Shown one piece after another: positions 49,201 to 56,756 of a DNA stretch of 64,000 nt (positions are counted from its first letter, which is position 1; the number at the start of each line of letters is the position of its first letter). The position numbers and the translations under genes are program-made. The stretch is from assembly GCA_002269645.1 (NCBI GenBank), contig NIVC01000754.1, forward strand, positions 186,001-250,000. Reading direction: 5' to 3'. The stretch is from Macrostomum lignano. Taxonomy: Eukaryota. The notes below the pieces were generated by a model. The model made no database searches. It was not told where the DNA came from and saw only the letters and a program-made list of their open reading frames with translations.

Positions 49201-52200
49201 AAGGAGGCATATCACAACCTGGAACTGGAAGACGACTCTAGGGATATTACCACAATAGCAACTCCATTCGGCTACTACCGGTACAAAGTTATGCAGTACG
49301 GGTTATCATCCGCCTCGGGGATTTTTCAGAATGCCCTGACTGAGCTGCTACGAGACATCGTCGGAGTTGTAGTCTTTATTGACGACATCCTGATTTGTGG
49401 TGCAGACAGCCATGATCTTGCTGAGAAGACAGGCGTCATTTTCCAGCGACTAAAGGAAAACGACATCACTCTCAATATGGAGAAATGCCAACTGGATATG
49501 GAGTCTGTCGAATTCCTGGCACTCAAAGTGTCGAAAAACGGCTGTTGCATGAAAGAAGACAAAGTGACCGCGATCAAGGGCATTCCCGATCCGAAGAGTC
49601 CTGAAGAGCTGCGTAAGTTCCTGGGACTGATAATTTTTTTGCACCTTTTATTCCTGACGTGGCTACCAAGACAGCGGAGCTGCACGATTTACTGTAGAGT
49701 GTTCTACCTCCCGTTAAAAAAGGATAAAAGAAGATAATCGTATAATGCTACTATAAGTAAGTAAGTACACGCATGTGCGCCTAAGCTTTGAATGAATCAC
49801 GCTACCAGGAAAAGATGTTACCAAAATGATACGCCATGAGCCATTTTCCCCTTTTAGCGCAACACGTGGATGGTAATAATGCTATTTTGGATCAAAAAGT
49901 TGCCTATAAATACAAGCGATCTGAAGCGGTACCGGAGTCACAATTCCTCCGGAAGGAGAAGAGCTCCGAAGAGGAAGCCACTACAGGACTTCCTACAGAA
50001 GACTCGTCGAGTTCTTGCGGTAAGCCTTACTCATTTGCGCCTGTATTTTGAGACGTCTCGTTGGAGTTTAGGTTGAGTCTGTTGAGACTCTTGAGTCTGT
50101 TTAGACTCCACTGGTTGCAGTCTCCAGAAGGACTGCCCCTGATAGATCTTAGGAGACTATCAGTGGTTTCCGGAGCTATACCTAGAGTGCATAGAGACAC
50201 TGCTAGAAGAAGGAGGCTTAATTCAAACCGCAGTTCGGCGCAGGGTACCCATTGTTGATACGAGGCCTCTGATTGGTCCTGACTGAAGATACCGGCCGGA
50301 GGAACTTATCGGAAGTACAAGAGGAACCAGGACCAGAGCAACTGAAGAATCAAGGCGCCTGATCTACGAGATCACAAAGAGATCCAAGCGAGATCTACTC
50401 GAAGACTACAGAAGAGATATCTCCAAGCGACGTCAAGGTAAGAAGTACCTTTAATTGACTTACTGGGTTGCCTAGCTACTGAGCTAGAAGTGAATGTTCT
50501 TTGATTACCAAAAGTCGGGTAATAAGGAACACATCATTAATCAAAAAGGAGACTGAATGGGAATGGAAAACTAAACACAGGACTGCTGTCAAGCAGTTAA
50601 AGGAGGACATCATTTCACGCCATGTACTGGCACCATACGATCCCAGCAAGGAGCTCACCCTGACTACAGATGCGTCACCGTGTGGAATCGGTGGAGTACT
50701 GGAACAGATGGGAAGGCCGATCGCATTCGTCTCTAAGAAATTGACACCGGCCGAGACCCGATATAGTCAATTGGAGAGGGAAGCTCTAGGTGTCGTCTGG
50801 TGCGTAAAAAAGCTAAACAGGTTTCTAGCCTACAGATACTTTGAGATCGTGACGGATCATAAGCCGCTAGAGTTTATCTTTAATTCGCACAAAGATTTGT
50901 CAGAACGAACTAGCAGACGAGTGCAGCGCTGGGCCGAGTTGTTTTCGGTGTACCAGTACAACATCAGGGGTAAAAGAACACATGAGATACCGCATGCGGA
51001 TGCCCTATCAAGATTGCCCACGGATGGTCATTGTAAGAGTGACAAATCTGCTACTGATGTTGTGAACGAAATAGCTGCCCTGGACCTTGCCTTGTCGGAT
51101 GAGCTGCCACTCACTATGGATCAAGTGGAGCAAGAGTCAACTATAGACCAGGAACTCAAAGAAGTTATATGTTGTGCCCTGAAGAATCGCCCTCACTGTT
51201 ACTTATTATAAATCACTCCCCCACCGTTACTTGTTCTTTCAATGTTAGCCTTAATTCTTTACAGTTATGTCTATGACCTCATTCCCCACGAAAGCAGCTA
51301 AAGACCCAGCTTTCCTCTATTTCTTTCTTTTCTTTCTTTAAGACTTGCTATGCTTGCGACTTATTTCCTAATTTTAAATACAACTGTTATCTGCGAAGCT
51401 TAACACACAACATTATCCGTAGACTGCAACTTGGCGAGGACCCACCAGAGTAATTCGTGAGAGTACACGGCAGGTTGAGCTGCAAGGGACATGTGCTGCT
51501 GTTTGATCAACGTATTGTGATGCCTGTGAAATTGAGGCCGCAGATCATCCGATTCCTGCACAGTTTTCATCCTGGAATTCAGGCGATGAAGGCTTGGGCT
51601 CGAATGTACGTATGGTGGCCCAATTTGGAGAAGGAGATTGTGAATTGTGTGAACCAGTGGAGCACATGCCAGCAAATGAGACCATTGCAGAAACCTGTAT
51701 TGAAGTCTTGGCCAGTACCAAAAGAGCCATGGTCAAGACTACATGCTGATCTTGGACAGCTGGACGGAAGCAACTTCCTAGTGATGCCAAAACAGGTTTT
51801 CTGGCAGCTGAGTTGGTCCACGAAATAGAGTCTGCAACTGTTATCAAAGTGCTGCGTCGGACATTCTGCAACTACGGGATTCCTGAAGTGCTTGTCACCG
51901 ACAACGGAAGGCAGTTCGTTGCTAGTGAAAAGGAGCTTTGGCTCAAAAGAATAGGTGTTTTGCACCTGAAGTCACCAAGATGCCATCCAGCTTCTAACGG
52001 CGCTGCAGAGGCAGCAGTAAAGCGGCTGAAAACGAAACTGAAGCAGCTGAGCGGCACAGATCCAGAGATTCGCATGCAACAGGCTCTCTATGCTCTTCGC
52101 GTCTGTCCAAGAAGCCAAGCAGCGGCACCGTGTCGGGAGATGTTCGGACGCGACTTCAACACGCGAATGACGCTACTTCATCGGCGGTCATACGAGGAGA

Positions 52201-55200
52201 AAACCACTAGCCAGCAGAATTCGCATGTGTGGATCCAGGACCCTTTCAATAAAGAGTGGAGAGAAGGGTTGCTGCGAGAAGCGGTGGGAGACCAGCTACG
52301 GAGAGTGCAGGATCATCAGGGACGAGAACTAACCGTTCACCGAGATCATGTCAAGGAGAGAGCTGGATCTGGTGAACTGGCAGCTGATGACCTGACCGAT
52401 CAAGCGGCAAGTCCAAATAAACTGGAGAGACGGTACCCGGTGCGAATTCGGAGAGAACCTGAGAGGTACACATATACTTAAAGGGAAGAGGGATGGTGTG
52501 TCGTGAACTTTAAGTTGATGAATATGTTTTATAATCTATGGATGAAAGCCATATAAATTAAATTTGTTAGTTTATAAGAGCTGCGAGCTAGTGGAAAACA
52601 GAAAAAAGGGAAAAGCTGGCTGTAGGAAATATATATCTGTAGAATGAGCATCGGCTCAATTGTATGAACTAAAGATTGGACTTGGTTATTCAACAACAAC
52701 GACACAACACCAGGCATGCACTCAGTTAAGACCTCGTCTACAAAAAACTCGGGACACTTGGCCACCTGCCACCGCTCTATTTCAAAGAGTGCACATGGAC
52801 TGGGCTTTTTTACCAGCCGTCAGCAGCATTCTCATCGTTGTTTATGCCTACTCGGGCTGGATAGAAGCTTTCCCCACAAAGGCCAGATCAGCAGACAGCG
52901 TCATCAACTCGCAGCGAACGGTTCTTACTCGCTTTGGCGTTCCGGAGCTGGTTGTTTCGGACAACGCAGCGGAGTTCACCTCAGCTCCACTATTGGCCTG
53001 GTTCGAAAAGAACGTTGCTTGGAGAGATAATCTCCATATTTCCCTCAATCTAACGGTGCAGCTGAGCGAGCCGTTCAGACTATCAAGAAGGCCTTGCAGG
53101 CATGGACCCAGCGTCTAACACATGGCAGCTTTATCGCTTTTTTGCAGAAGGCTCTGCTACATCATCGCGATTCTTCAACTTCACGCGGACGAACTCCTGC
53201 CGAGCTCGTGCTAGGACGGCGTCTTGATGTTCCAGTGGTCTCCACCTCCCAGCAGGGCGACCCGGTGCAGTTCAAGGCCAACGGCGACACCACGAGCTCT
53301 CGAGCTGAGTTCCTGATGTCGCAAGGACGCAACACCTCCTGGCTGCTGACGGGCGCCAAACTACACCTGGCTTCAAATAATCAATTCGGCCCGCTGGCTC
53401 CTGCCTCTGAAGCCGATGAGGAAGAAGAGGAAGTTCACCAACAACCACAAACTAATATGCCTGAGATTCCCCCAAAGATCGCTCCGACAAGAAGTAGCAC
53501 TAGGGTGAGGAATCCCCCAAATCGCCTTGTGTCATAGGCTCAGACTTAGTAAACCGTGATCGCGTTATTTCACTGACTTTGCAAAGTTTACTAGCTAGTT
53601 CTTAAAGTTTGTTTGTTTGACTGTCTTGCGGACGTCGTTATCCATCGTCTTCCTTCGCAGACGGGGACATGTGATAGTAGCTGCTAGCTAGAGCTAGCGT
53701 TTTTGCACTTTACCCAATTGTTCAATGCATGATTTGGCGGTTGCACGAAGAAGTACGAAAGCCACAGTGGGCCGAAGCGATGCTATTTATTCAATATTTT
53801 AGTCGACTACTGCATTGCGTGGGGTGGGGGTCGTAAATGTACACTTTGCTTACTACGAGTACAGATAAGGGGCGAAGAGTTGGAGAGAGAAAACCGGCTG
53901 ACGTACGGAGCCGGAAAATTGGGGTGGGCGCTCTATAGCAAATCAATGGCTCACATCAATCATATCCTCGATACGAGCGTATGTCTCTGGTAGCAACCAG
54001 CTGTACGTTCTTAAGCTTTCGTTCTCAGCCTCTCATGTTGTAATTTCCTATGCTTGAATAAACTCTGTGCTGCTTTAACATTATTGCCAAAGTGAGACAG
54101 CTTCGTTCAAACCACGAAAAAATTTACTAAACAGAAATTTCTAATTATCTGAGCTGCTCACAGAATTTTTTTTGAGGCAGGGGGTTGTTTGCACCCTGGC
54201 GCACTTTAAGCGACATAGGCACACAACCGGCGAGAGGCATTACTGCCCATTCCGCCGACTCCCCTGAGCAGGCATACAAGCGTGCGGATACGTACGCAGG
54301 CACACACTCACACAGGAGTGTACAGCGGCCCTAACTTTATTAATTGTTAGGCATGTACACTTCACTGCGCCTTGGGGGGTTGGCTCTCAAGGCCGTTAAT
54401 TGCACGAGCAGAGCCAAGCCGAGATTCCAATTCAGCCCCAAATTAATGTGACTGCACATGGAATCGAGTCTGGGTCGCTGGCACACCAGAGCAGCTGCGC
54501 TACCGCTGGGCTACAGATAGTGTCCAAGAGGACTGCAGCAGCTCTGCAACAATCAGCATTGGCGAGAGCGCATCCGACTTCTCACACGCAGCTCATTTTC
54601 CATTTCTGCAGCATGAGTTTCCTTCCATCTCAAAATGTTTCACAAAGCACTCACGCACAGCCTCCCAGTTCTCCATCTGCTGCTCAACCCACACACTCCC
54701 ACTGCACACCGAGGCCCTACAGCTTCCATTATCGACTGAGATCAACCGGCACCCCATTGGCTGGGAGGCAGCCAGCCAATCACAGCTCTCGCCCATCAAG
54801 CAGTATGACAGAGACAAGCTCAGCTGACTGGCTCTGATTGGCTGGCCTGAGACTGCAGCTCTGGCCACCATAGCCAGCCGAATGCTGCAAAACTTGATGG
54901 ACACAGCAGCGAACTGCCCACTCACCGCTCGATGTAGCTGGCCAGCTCTGAGTGGCCGCTGAGCCTCGCCAGGTCCGACGCCGTCCGACCCTCGCGTTCC
55001 TCCAGTCCGAGCAGCCGAGTCCTCTTCGAGTTTCCGTGCTTCTCGCACTCATTGAACCTTTCCTGCCTGAGCAGGTGCAGCAGGTGCTTGGCGCATTTCC
55101 AGCTTCCAGTCCGCGCCGCCTCCATCAGCGGAGTGGCGCCATTGTCGTTCCGCAGCCACTTCGCATCGAACGACAGCAGCATCAGCAGCCGCAGGTGGTC

Positions 55201-55655
55201 CCGTCGGGCTGCCAGGTGCGCAGCCGTGTCGCCGTTCGCGTCAGCCGCCTTGGGGTCCGCGCCCAGCTCAAATAAGTACAAGATGCACTTTTCAGTGTGC
55301 ACGGGAGTCTCAGGAGCGTCGGCCACCAGCATGAGGACGGTCCGACGAGCTGCATCAGCGCTGGTGACCAGCTGGCGCGTTGCCAGCCGCCGCACCTGCC
55401 CGAAGTCACCTCGGATGACGTCGTGGGCGAGAGTCTGGAGATCGGCTGGTGAGTCTCCGACGCTTGCCCGGTTGGTGGGGTCCGGCTGAGTGAGTTCCTG
55501 CAACTACAATTGAGGCACCCAAGCTGCACATTCAAACATGTGAGTGAGTTCCTGCTACTGCAATTGAGTCTATTAATATTCTATGTCTCAGTTTTTTCTC
55601 CTTTAGCTTACTTACTTTTTCGTCAGTAAATTGTGTTGGCCCTCGCTTGGCTTTC
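27225..55655 (-). CDS. Ankyrin-repeat protein kinase, copy 2, with a giant TE-filled intron at 54925-30178
   Basis: Exons 55655-55616, 55497-54926, 30177-30123, 30049-29565, 29124-29083, 28253-27896 and 27818-27225. Four internal exons have the same lengths as in copy 1 (572, 55, 485, 42 nt) and the phases match. No stop or frameshift was seen. The true first exon was not located. Confidence 0.75.
28293..29070. repeat. 15-bp satellite (GCTGT[A/T]GCT[G/T]TGTGT)n in an intron of copy 2
   Basis: About 52 copies. Same family and same intron as 16569-16860. Confidence 0.97.
29565..30049 (-). CDS. Ankyrin-repeat exon (second ANK block) of copy 2
   Basis: GWTALMWAA, DSCLHWAA, LTPLMEAA, GRTALDLT. 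Confidence 0.9.
30287..30491 (+). repeat. 5' LTR of gypsy A
   Basis: TGTG...CGACA, aligns with 53670-53718 plus 53956-54119. Confidence 0.9.
30492..31019 (+). pseudogene. gag: gag of gypsy A, N-terminal part (stop near 30606; interrupted by the Polinton)
   Basis: MASRLGNLDLTD...HLVAPKEVEAYTFAEL...HLVVAERTEFF...GLQDPEDQRRLL. Resumes at 45259. Confidence 0.8.
31020..31453 (+). repeat. Left TIR of the Polinton
   Basis: Reverse complement of 44825-45258; only one mismatch noticed (GAGGGG vs GAGAGG). Confidence 0.95.
31427..31663 (+). CDS. 78-aa Polinton subterminal protein of unknown function
   Basis: A-rich start context. A diverged inverted copy at about 44206-44447 conserves YYTQPH, CKLECSEYMRKYWP, NVPNIN and DSYYNFAEVIRQL. 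Confidence 0.65.
   Translation: MFPVVSSGSYYTQPHLLYKSKYRCKLECSEYMRKYWPGVDVNVPNINQALKSHWFEKHGLFINNFDSYYNFAEVIRQL
31855..31985 (+). ncRNA. Candidate RNA polymerase III (tRNA-like/VA-like) unit in the Polinton
   Basis: TATAAAT near 31847, D-arm/A-box-like ACTCAGCTGGCTAGAGGTGG at 31863-31882, exact B-box GGTTCGATTCC at 31957-31967, TTTT at 31982-31985. Confidence 0.3.
31976..32135. repeat. About 60-bp tandem repeat, 3 copies, each with a 34-bp near-palindrome
   Basis: ACATGATTTTCACGAAC|GTTCGTAAAAATCATGT. A partial fourth copy lies near 31722. Confidence 0.85.
32200..32700 (-). CDS. Parvovirus-type phospholipase A2 domain protein (PLA2X-like)
   Basis: LPGYKYCGPLN (Ca-binding loop), EPVNELDSVCMWHDVKY (catalytic HD) and a downstream D. 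The ORF is intact. Confidence 0.9.
   Translation of the reverse strand: MQRSGGKIDSHGLIEKLPHPNKGWTLPGYKYCGPLNPLEIQLDKNNNPNPGHEPVNELDSVCMWHDVKYRDFPEEKNRWDKEMLRRLDNIGASSGFRESIARKLVKAVIFGKTKLGLGVCVGGWCTGREGGVGFVLHAPRKKLGVLLKELGVEKAGGLNKELNGRL
32731..33769 (+). pseudogene. Polinton retroviral-like DDE integrase (frameshift near 32756, TGA near 33320)
   Basis: HQADLLFL, YKYALTITDVASRY, MTDPGKEF, AYVERFN, LNNEVTRMTGLKP. Confidence 0.92.
33787..34251 (+). CDS. Polinton small virion protein with a hydrophobic Gly/Ala-rich segment
   Basis: KSGG-ILPLAALIPIIAGAVSAAGGVAGGVATAV. Intact ORF with A-rich start context. Confidence 0.65.
   Translation: MTKIETRTINKLNKIIESKKPGLISIKGVKVKVDHTQQIVQCNEQRHSITDEKSGGILPLAALIPIIAGAVSAAGGVAGGVATAVKAGNDRAHQLGLQKIARDKGITIKAGEGCPDFDDRDDCDDCEHENYISKSDIVKAIMTLHNAGFTIMRM
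34376..38200 (+). pseudogene. polB: Protein-primed family B DNA polymerase (pPolB), at least 6 frameshifts
   Basis: GSGW; PFVVYADFEC (ExoI); RDHCHFTGKFRGAAH; HNAKNYD (ExoII); TDVFLLADVFE (ExoIII); DANNLYG (A); KLANNSVYGK (B); YTDTDS (C). Confidence 0.95.
38269..38669 (+). pseudogene. Adenain-like cysteine protease (frameshift in A-run near 38535)
   Basis: FRGIFMRD, GSHWVC (His), YFDSYG (Asp). The shifted frame gives LQGLSSDIFGELRM, where the expected catalytic Cys (xCG) reads Phe. Confidence 0.88.
38725..39378 (-). CDS. Conserved Polinton membrane-associated protein (two hydrophobic helices)
   Basis: QFRLVEI, hydrophobic ILGSVSVLTGSAAAVSVLPVITAPIAIPLG, ISRAIEDKFISEDEF. Intact ORF. The family assignment is from recall and needs a profile search. 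Confidence 0.7.
   Translation of the reverse strand: MAQQNSLYDQSEPKIPTAPNPMAPNSNTQNLAPNMNAPQYEQQKLYPVITCNSQQFRLVEIQKMRDDLEKNIFHNTKKIKRYNSHCKFFDYSNMILGSVSVLTGSAAAVSVLPVITAPIAIPLGSVGAECGLISAITGAVARNRRKKLKQLQEKQVKEKGVHTSIIGYISRAIEDKFISEDEFKTIQDLYEQSIRMNLNMVGTDDMSQLRNELEKVL
39412..40065 (-). CDS. Polinton coiled-coil protein of unknown function
   Basis: Intact 217-aa ORF with long heptad pattern and A-rich start context. Confidence 0.65.
   Translation of the reverse strand: MSINFAGESTTGNSTLTTSFLDKRYINTDEEIPEIKLNKNRLKQLERSMHQLQINMEDLRLKVARQKFESDKIYVQFDHSFNELRSEITSVVTQINGLASTVNLLRNSTARQMRILEGGVFTNTAKVNNLEEFMNQSTALHDRIKEKLEALKRNDVSHSSYLNGIYSSSGKTLRRLNRLERALNLRDIAIDEAESTARSIITADEITKEKITDISTG
40082..40882 (-). 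CDS. A32/FtsK-like genome packaging ATPase
   Basis: Walker A IVVGSSGSGKT, Walker B LIVFDD, TRGRHNNCNVIYIAQ. Intact ORF. Confidence 0.95.
   Translation of the reverse strand: MDFTNDFHPHWTRNQIKFAHNEIIPGHFRCIVVGSSGSGKTFRVFNMLLRPGFLDYDTLHIYSPTLYQDEYKMLVAGLQNKLNKEDIIQCFRHQKDLNSNPEVVASEYAKHIPDNEKWQNIKVFTYGDPQIDPKTKLLPQPDELEKGRKHLIVFDDCMTGPQKQIENYFTRGRHNNCNVIYIAQNWFELSNKTIRGNCNLILLFPTIPQDRLKRFYNEVIAPAHITYPAKNSNRTISQEEFVNICYEKWNQPYQFVMINKEKRILL
41054..41434 (-). CDS. Polinton small core/amphipathic-helix protein
   Basis: RGSG, SGNG and KGGG motifs flanking the amphipathic LADLIAQGAKIFKVIG. Intact ORF. Confidence 0.65.
   Translation of the reverse strand: MPIIFEKDIDKYYDKEELNLIKRGSGLFPAGHYPRKECSGNGLADLIAQGAKIFKVIGENKENIKNVAEAAGSVVTAAKKIKDTVHETRKSIPDIQPLAPSADSVDPAIYAKTRAEYKKGGGFKFD
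41450..42622 (-). CDS. Polinton protein with Q/P-rich repeat and conserved-looking C-terminus; no in-frame ATG at its 5' end
   Basis: 390-codon open frame, (QQQQP)n, C-terminal SGKG...KRLAVLLGAAKTG...EFVHILDKML. Confidence 0.6.
   Translation of the reverse strand: MEKLAQAEKRVTGLINKEQQSYNEFVQAATEFHKLGYTEAKKNIDTVKEAVDDIQESQLQNTLGKIPSSPGQPQAQEPGQPEAQPVQMNVTDNFFGPAMVDGKYIFGISAWRKEITKEPVDYNIEVTNENISINKGAETKRIPYTKTLLDYMTKNLEKTSGKQLKNYKDLVTFALERDIDILKNNGVLKVLHENRIDLNRFRKYKYFKQWFGLPDQLEVIKYLEQQQQQQPQQQQQPQQQQQPQQQQQPQQPPPPQQQKTQVEQVLDQLDAAEPILVSQYKDTNPDTWRQLERLSPERMKRINNRVFTPQQRQAPHDSSSSDQSFKSPPSSSGKGMPEFYKRLAVLLGAAKTGMKDENRKEFVHILDKMLERKYIDKRARELLLLRFNKK
42686..43322 (+). pseudogene. Double-jelly-roll major capsid protein, apparently internally deleted, with a frameshift near 42760
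   Basis: N-terminal MNDPL...ILSDDSTIK/LYLEVIEP, then SNPRYIII, LYP..PQNGDFTQNK..KFY and C-terminal DLYIIYAFERKV. Only about 210 codons in total. Confidence 0.7.
43340..44203 (+). pseudogene. Minor capsid (penton, single jelly roll) with in-frame TAG at 43553
   Basis: ORFs 43340-43555 and 43592-44203 are in the same frame. W.NVPNVT..NN; NILIRSNL...ILYNI...GQMVVEKPNP...IHEIVLQFETEDG..VDFNGEE. Confidence 0.85.
44206..44447 (-). pseudogene. Diverged inverted copy of the 78-aa subterminal ORF (TGG>TAG stop)
   Basis: MFSVVSPGSYYTQPHPLYKSKYQCKLECSEYMRKYWPSIDINVPNINLALQRH*FHKYGVTYVKDYDSYYNFAEVIRQL. Confidence 0.8.
44448..44824 (-). repeat. Inner, diverged, truncated copy of the right TIR
   Basis: Shares GAATGTGGGGAGAAGAATGCAGATTATTTTCTGA, GACACCTGTTATGCTCTGATTCTGTC and ATAATATGGATGGATTTAATGGGA with the outer TIR, with many substitutions. 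Confidence 0.85.
44825..45258 (-). repeat. Right (outer) TIR of the Polinton
   Basis: Reverse complement of 31020-31453. Confidence 0.95.
45259..47500 (+). pseudogene. pol: Gypsy A gag C-terminus, protease, partial RT, RNase H and integrase zinc finger
   Basis: CKFC...CPAYGKICNKCNKRNHFGSVC; IDTGAS; LQMG...YQDD; TTDASK; FWWPGM..DV..FV..C. The RT N-terminus is replaced by unrelated sequence at about 45990-46165. Confidence 0.9.
47718..48839 (+). pseudogene. gag: gag-protease of gypsy B
   Basis: ATG 47718; YEKLRNLVAPDKP, KKLIVAERYKF, LRDRFVAGL; MVDSGAS. Confidence 0.88.
49693..50536. mobile_element. 844-bp non-coding insert (probable solo LTR) in pol of gypsy B
   Basis: TG...CA ends with imperfect IR (TGTAGAGTGTTC / GAACACATCA) and flanks TTAC/TTAA. 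Removing it restores the frame HDLIKKETEW. Confidence 0.7.
51170..51412. mobile_element. 243-bp solo LTR in pol of gypsy B
   Basis: TGTTGTG...CACAACA perfect 7-bp IR and TSD TTATA/TTATC. Removing it restores EVIRRLQ. Confidence 0.85.
52710..53537 (+). pseudogene. pol: Integrase core of gypsy A (resumes after gypsy B)
   Basis: FQRVHMDWA, VSDNAAEF, SNGAAERAVQTIKK, GRTPAELVLGR. Confidence 0.9.
53670..54119 (+). repeat. 3' LTR of gypsy A, containing a solo LTR
   Basis: Aligns to 30287-30491 once 53719-53955 is removed. Confidence 0.88.
53719..53955. mobile_element. 237-bp solo LTR inside the 3' LTR of gypsy A
   Basis: TG...CA ends, TSD CCAAT/TCAAT, absent from the 5' LTR. Confidence 0.8.
54168..54518 (-). 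mobile_element. tRNA-derived SINE, about 350 bp
   Basis: Minus strand has A-box TAGCCCAGCGG, B-box-like GACTCGATTCC and a 3' A8 tail. It is absent from the paralogous intron of copy 1. Confidence 0.65.
54926..55497 (-). CDS. Ankyrin-repeat exon (first ANK block) of copy 2
   Basis: Near-identical to 18702-19273 with the same length and splice sites. Confidence 0.9.
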
Positions 55656-55713
55656 CTATAAAATTTATGTTTGGCTTAATTATAACAGCTGAAACTAACC
55701 GATGCGTTTAGAA

Positions 55714-56756
55714 TGTAGCTGTAGCTGTGTGCTGTAACTGTGTGTGCTGTAGCTGTGTGTGCTGTAGCTGTGTGTGCTGTAGCTGTGTGTGCTGTAGCTG
55801 TGTGTGCTGTAGCTGTATGCTGCAGCTGTGTGCTGTAACTGTGTGTGCTGTAGCTGTGTGTGCTGCAGCTGTGTGTGCTGTAGCTGTGTGTGCTGTAGCT
55901 GTGTGCTGTAGCTGCATGCTGTAGCTGTGTGCTGTAACTGTGTGTGCTGTAGCTGTGTGTGCTGTAGCTGTGTGTGCTGTAGCTGTGTGTGCTGTAGCTG
56001 TGTGTGCTGTAGCTGTATGCTGCAGCTGTGTGCTGTAACTGTGTGTGCTGTAGCTGTGTATGCTGCAGCTGTGTGTGCTGTAGCTGTGTGTGCTGTAGCT
56101 GTGTGCTGTAGCTTTGTGCTGTAGCTGTGTGTGCTGTAGCTGTGTGCTGTAACTGTGTGTGCTGTAGCTGTGTGTGCTGCAGCTGTGTGTGCTGTAGCTG
56201 TGTGCTGTAACTGTGTGTGCTGTAGCTGTGTGTGCTGTAGCTGTGTGTGCTTCAGCTGTGTGTGCTGTAGCTGTGTGCTGTAACTGTGTGTGCTGTAGCT
56301 GTGTGTGCTGTAGCTGTGTGTGCTTCAGCTGTGTGTGCTGTAGCTGTGTGCTGTAGCTGTGTGCTGTAGCTGTGTGCTGTAGCTGTGTGCTGTAGCTGTG
56401 TGTGCTGTAGCTGTGTGTGCTGTAGCTGTGTCCTGTAGCTGTGTGCTGTAGCTGTGTGTCCTGTAGCTGTGTGTGCTGTAGCTGTGTGCTGTAGCTGTGT
56501 GCTGTAGCTGTGTGCTGTAGCTGTGTCCTGTAGCTGTGTGCTGTAGCTGTGTCCTGTAGCTGTGTCCTGTAGCTGTGTGCTGTAGCTGTGTGTGCTGTAG
56601 CTGTGTGTGCTGTAGCTGTGTGCTGTAGCTGTGTGTGCTGTAGCTGTGTGTGCTGTAGCTGTGTGCTGTAGCTGTGTGTGCTGTAGCTGTGTGTGCTGTA
56701 GCTGTGTGCTGTAGCTGTGTGTGCTGTAGCTGTGTGCTGTAGTTGTGTGCTGTAGC
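55714..56756. repeat. 13-15-bp satellite (GCTGTAGCTGTGT[GT])n upstream of the 40-nt exon of copy 2
   Basis: Same family as 16569-16860 and 28293-29070. Confidence 0.97.

Larger units (their letters stand above)
48808..52481 (+). pseudogene. pol: RT, RNase H and integrase of gypsy B, split by two inserts
   Basis: RICGDY, LDLKEAY, FIDD; TTDASP; HPGI..MK..ARMYVWWP; VTDNGRQF; SNGAAE. Confidence 0.92.
47501..52709 (+). mobile_element. Ty3/gypsy LTR retrotransposon B (Mag-like) inserted in the integrase of A
   Basis: 216-bp LTRs at 47501-47716 and 52494-52709 (about 12 differences), perfect 5-bp TSD CCAGG, PPT AAAGGGAAGAGGGA. Confidence 0.95.
30287..54119 (+). mobile_element. Ty3/gypsy LTR retrotransposon A (Mag-like), host of nested insertions
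   Basis: 5' LTR at 30287-30491 and 3' LTR at 53670-54119 (interrupted). Flanks are AGATT/AAATT (5 bp, 1 mismatch). gag starts at ATG 30492 directly after the LTR. The coding region is split at 31020-45258 and 47501-52709. Confidence 0.9.
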
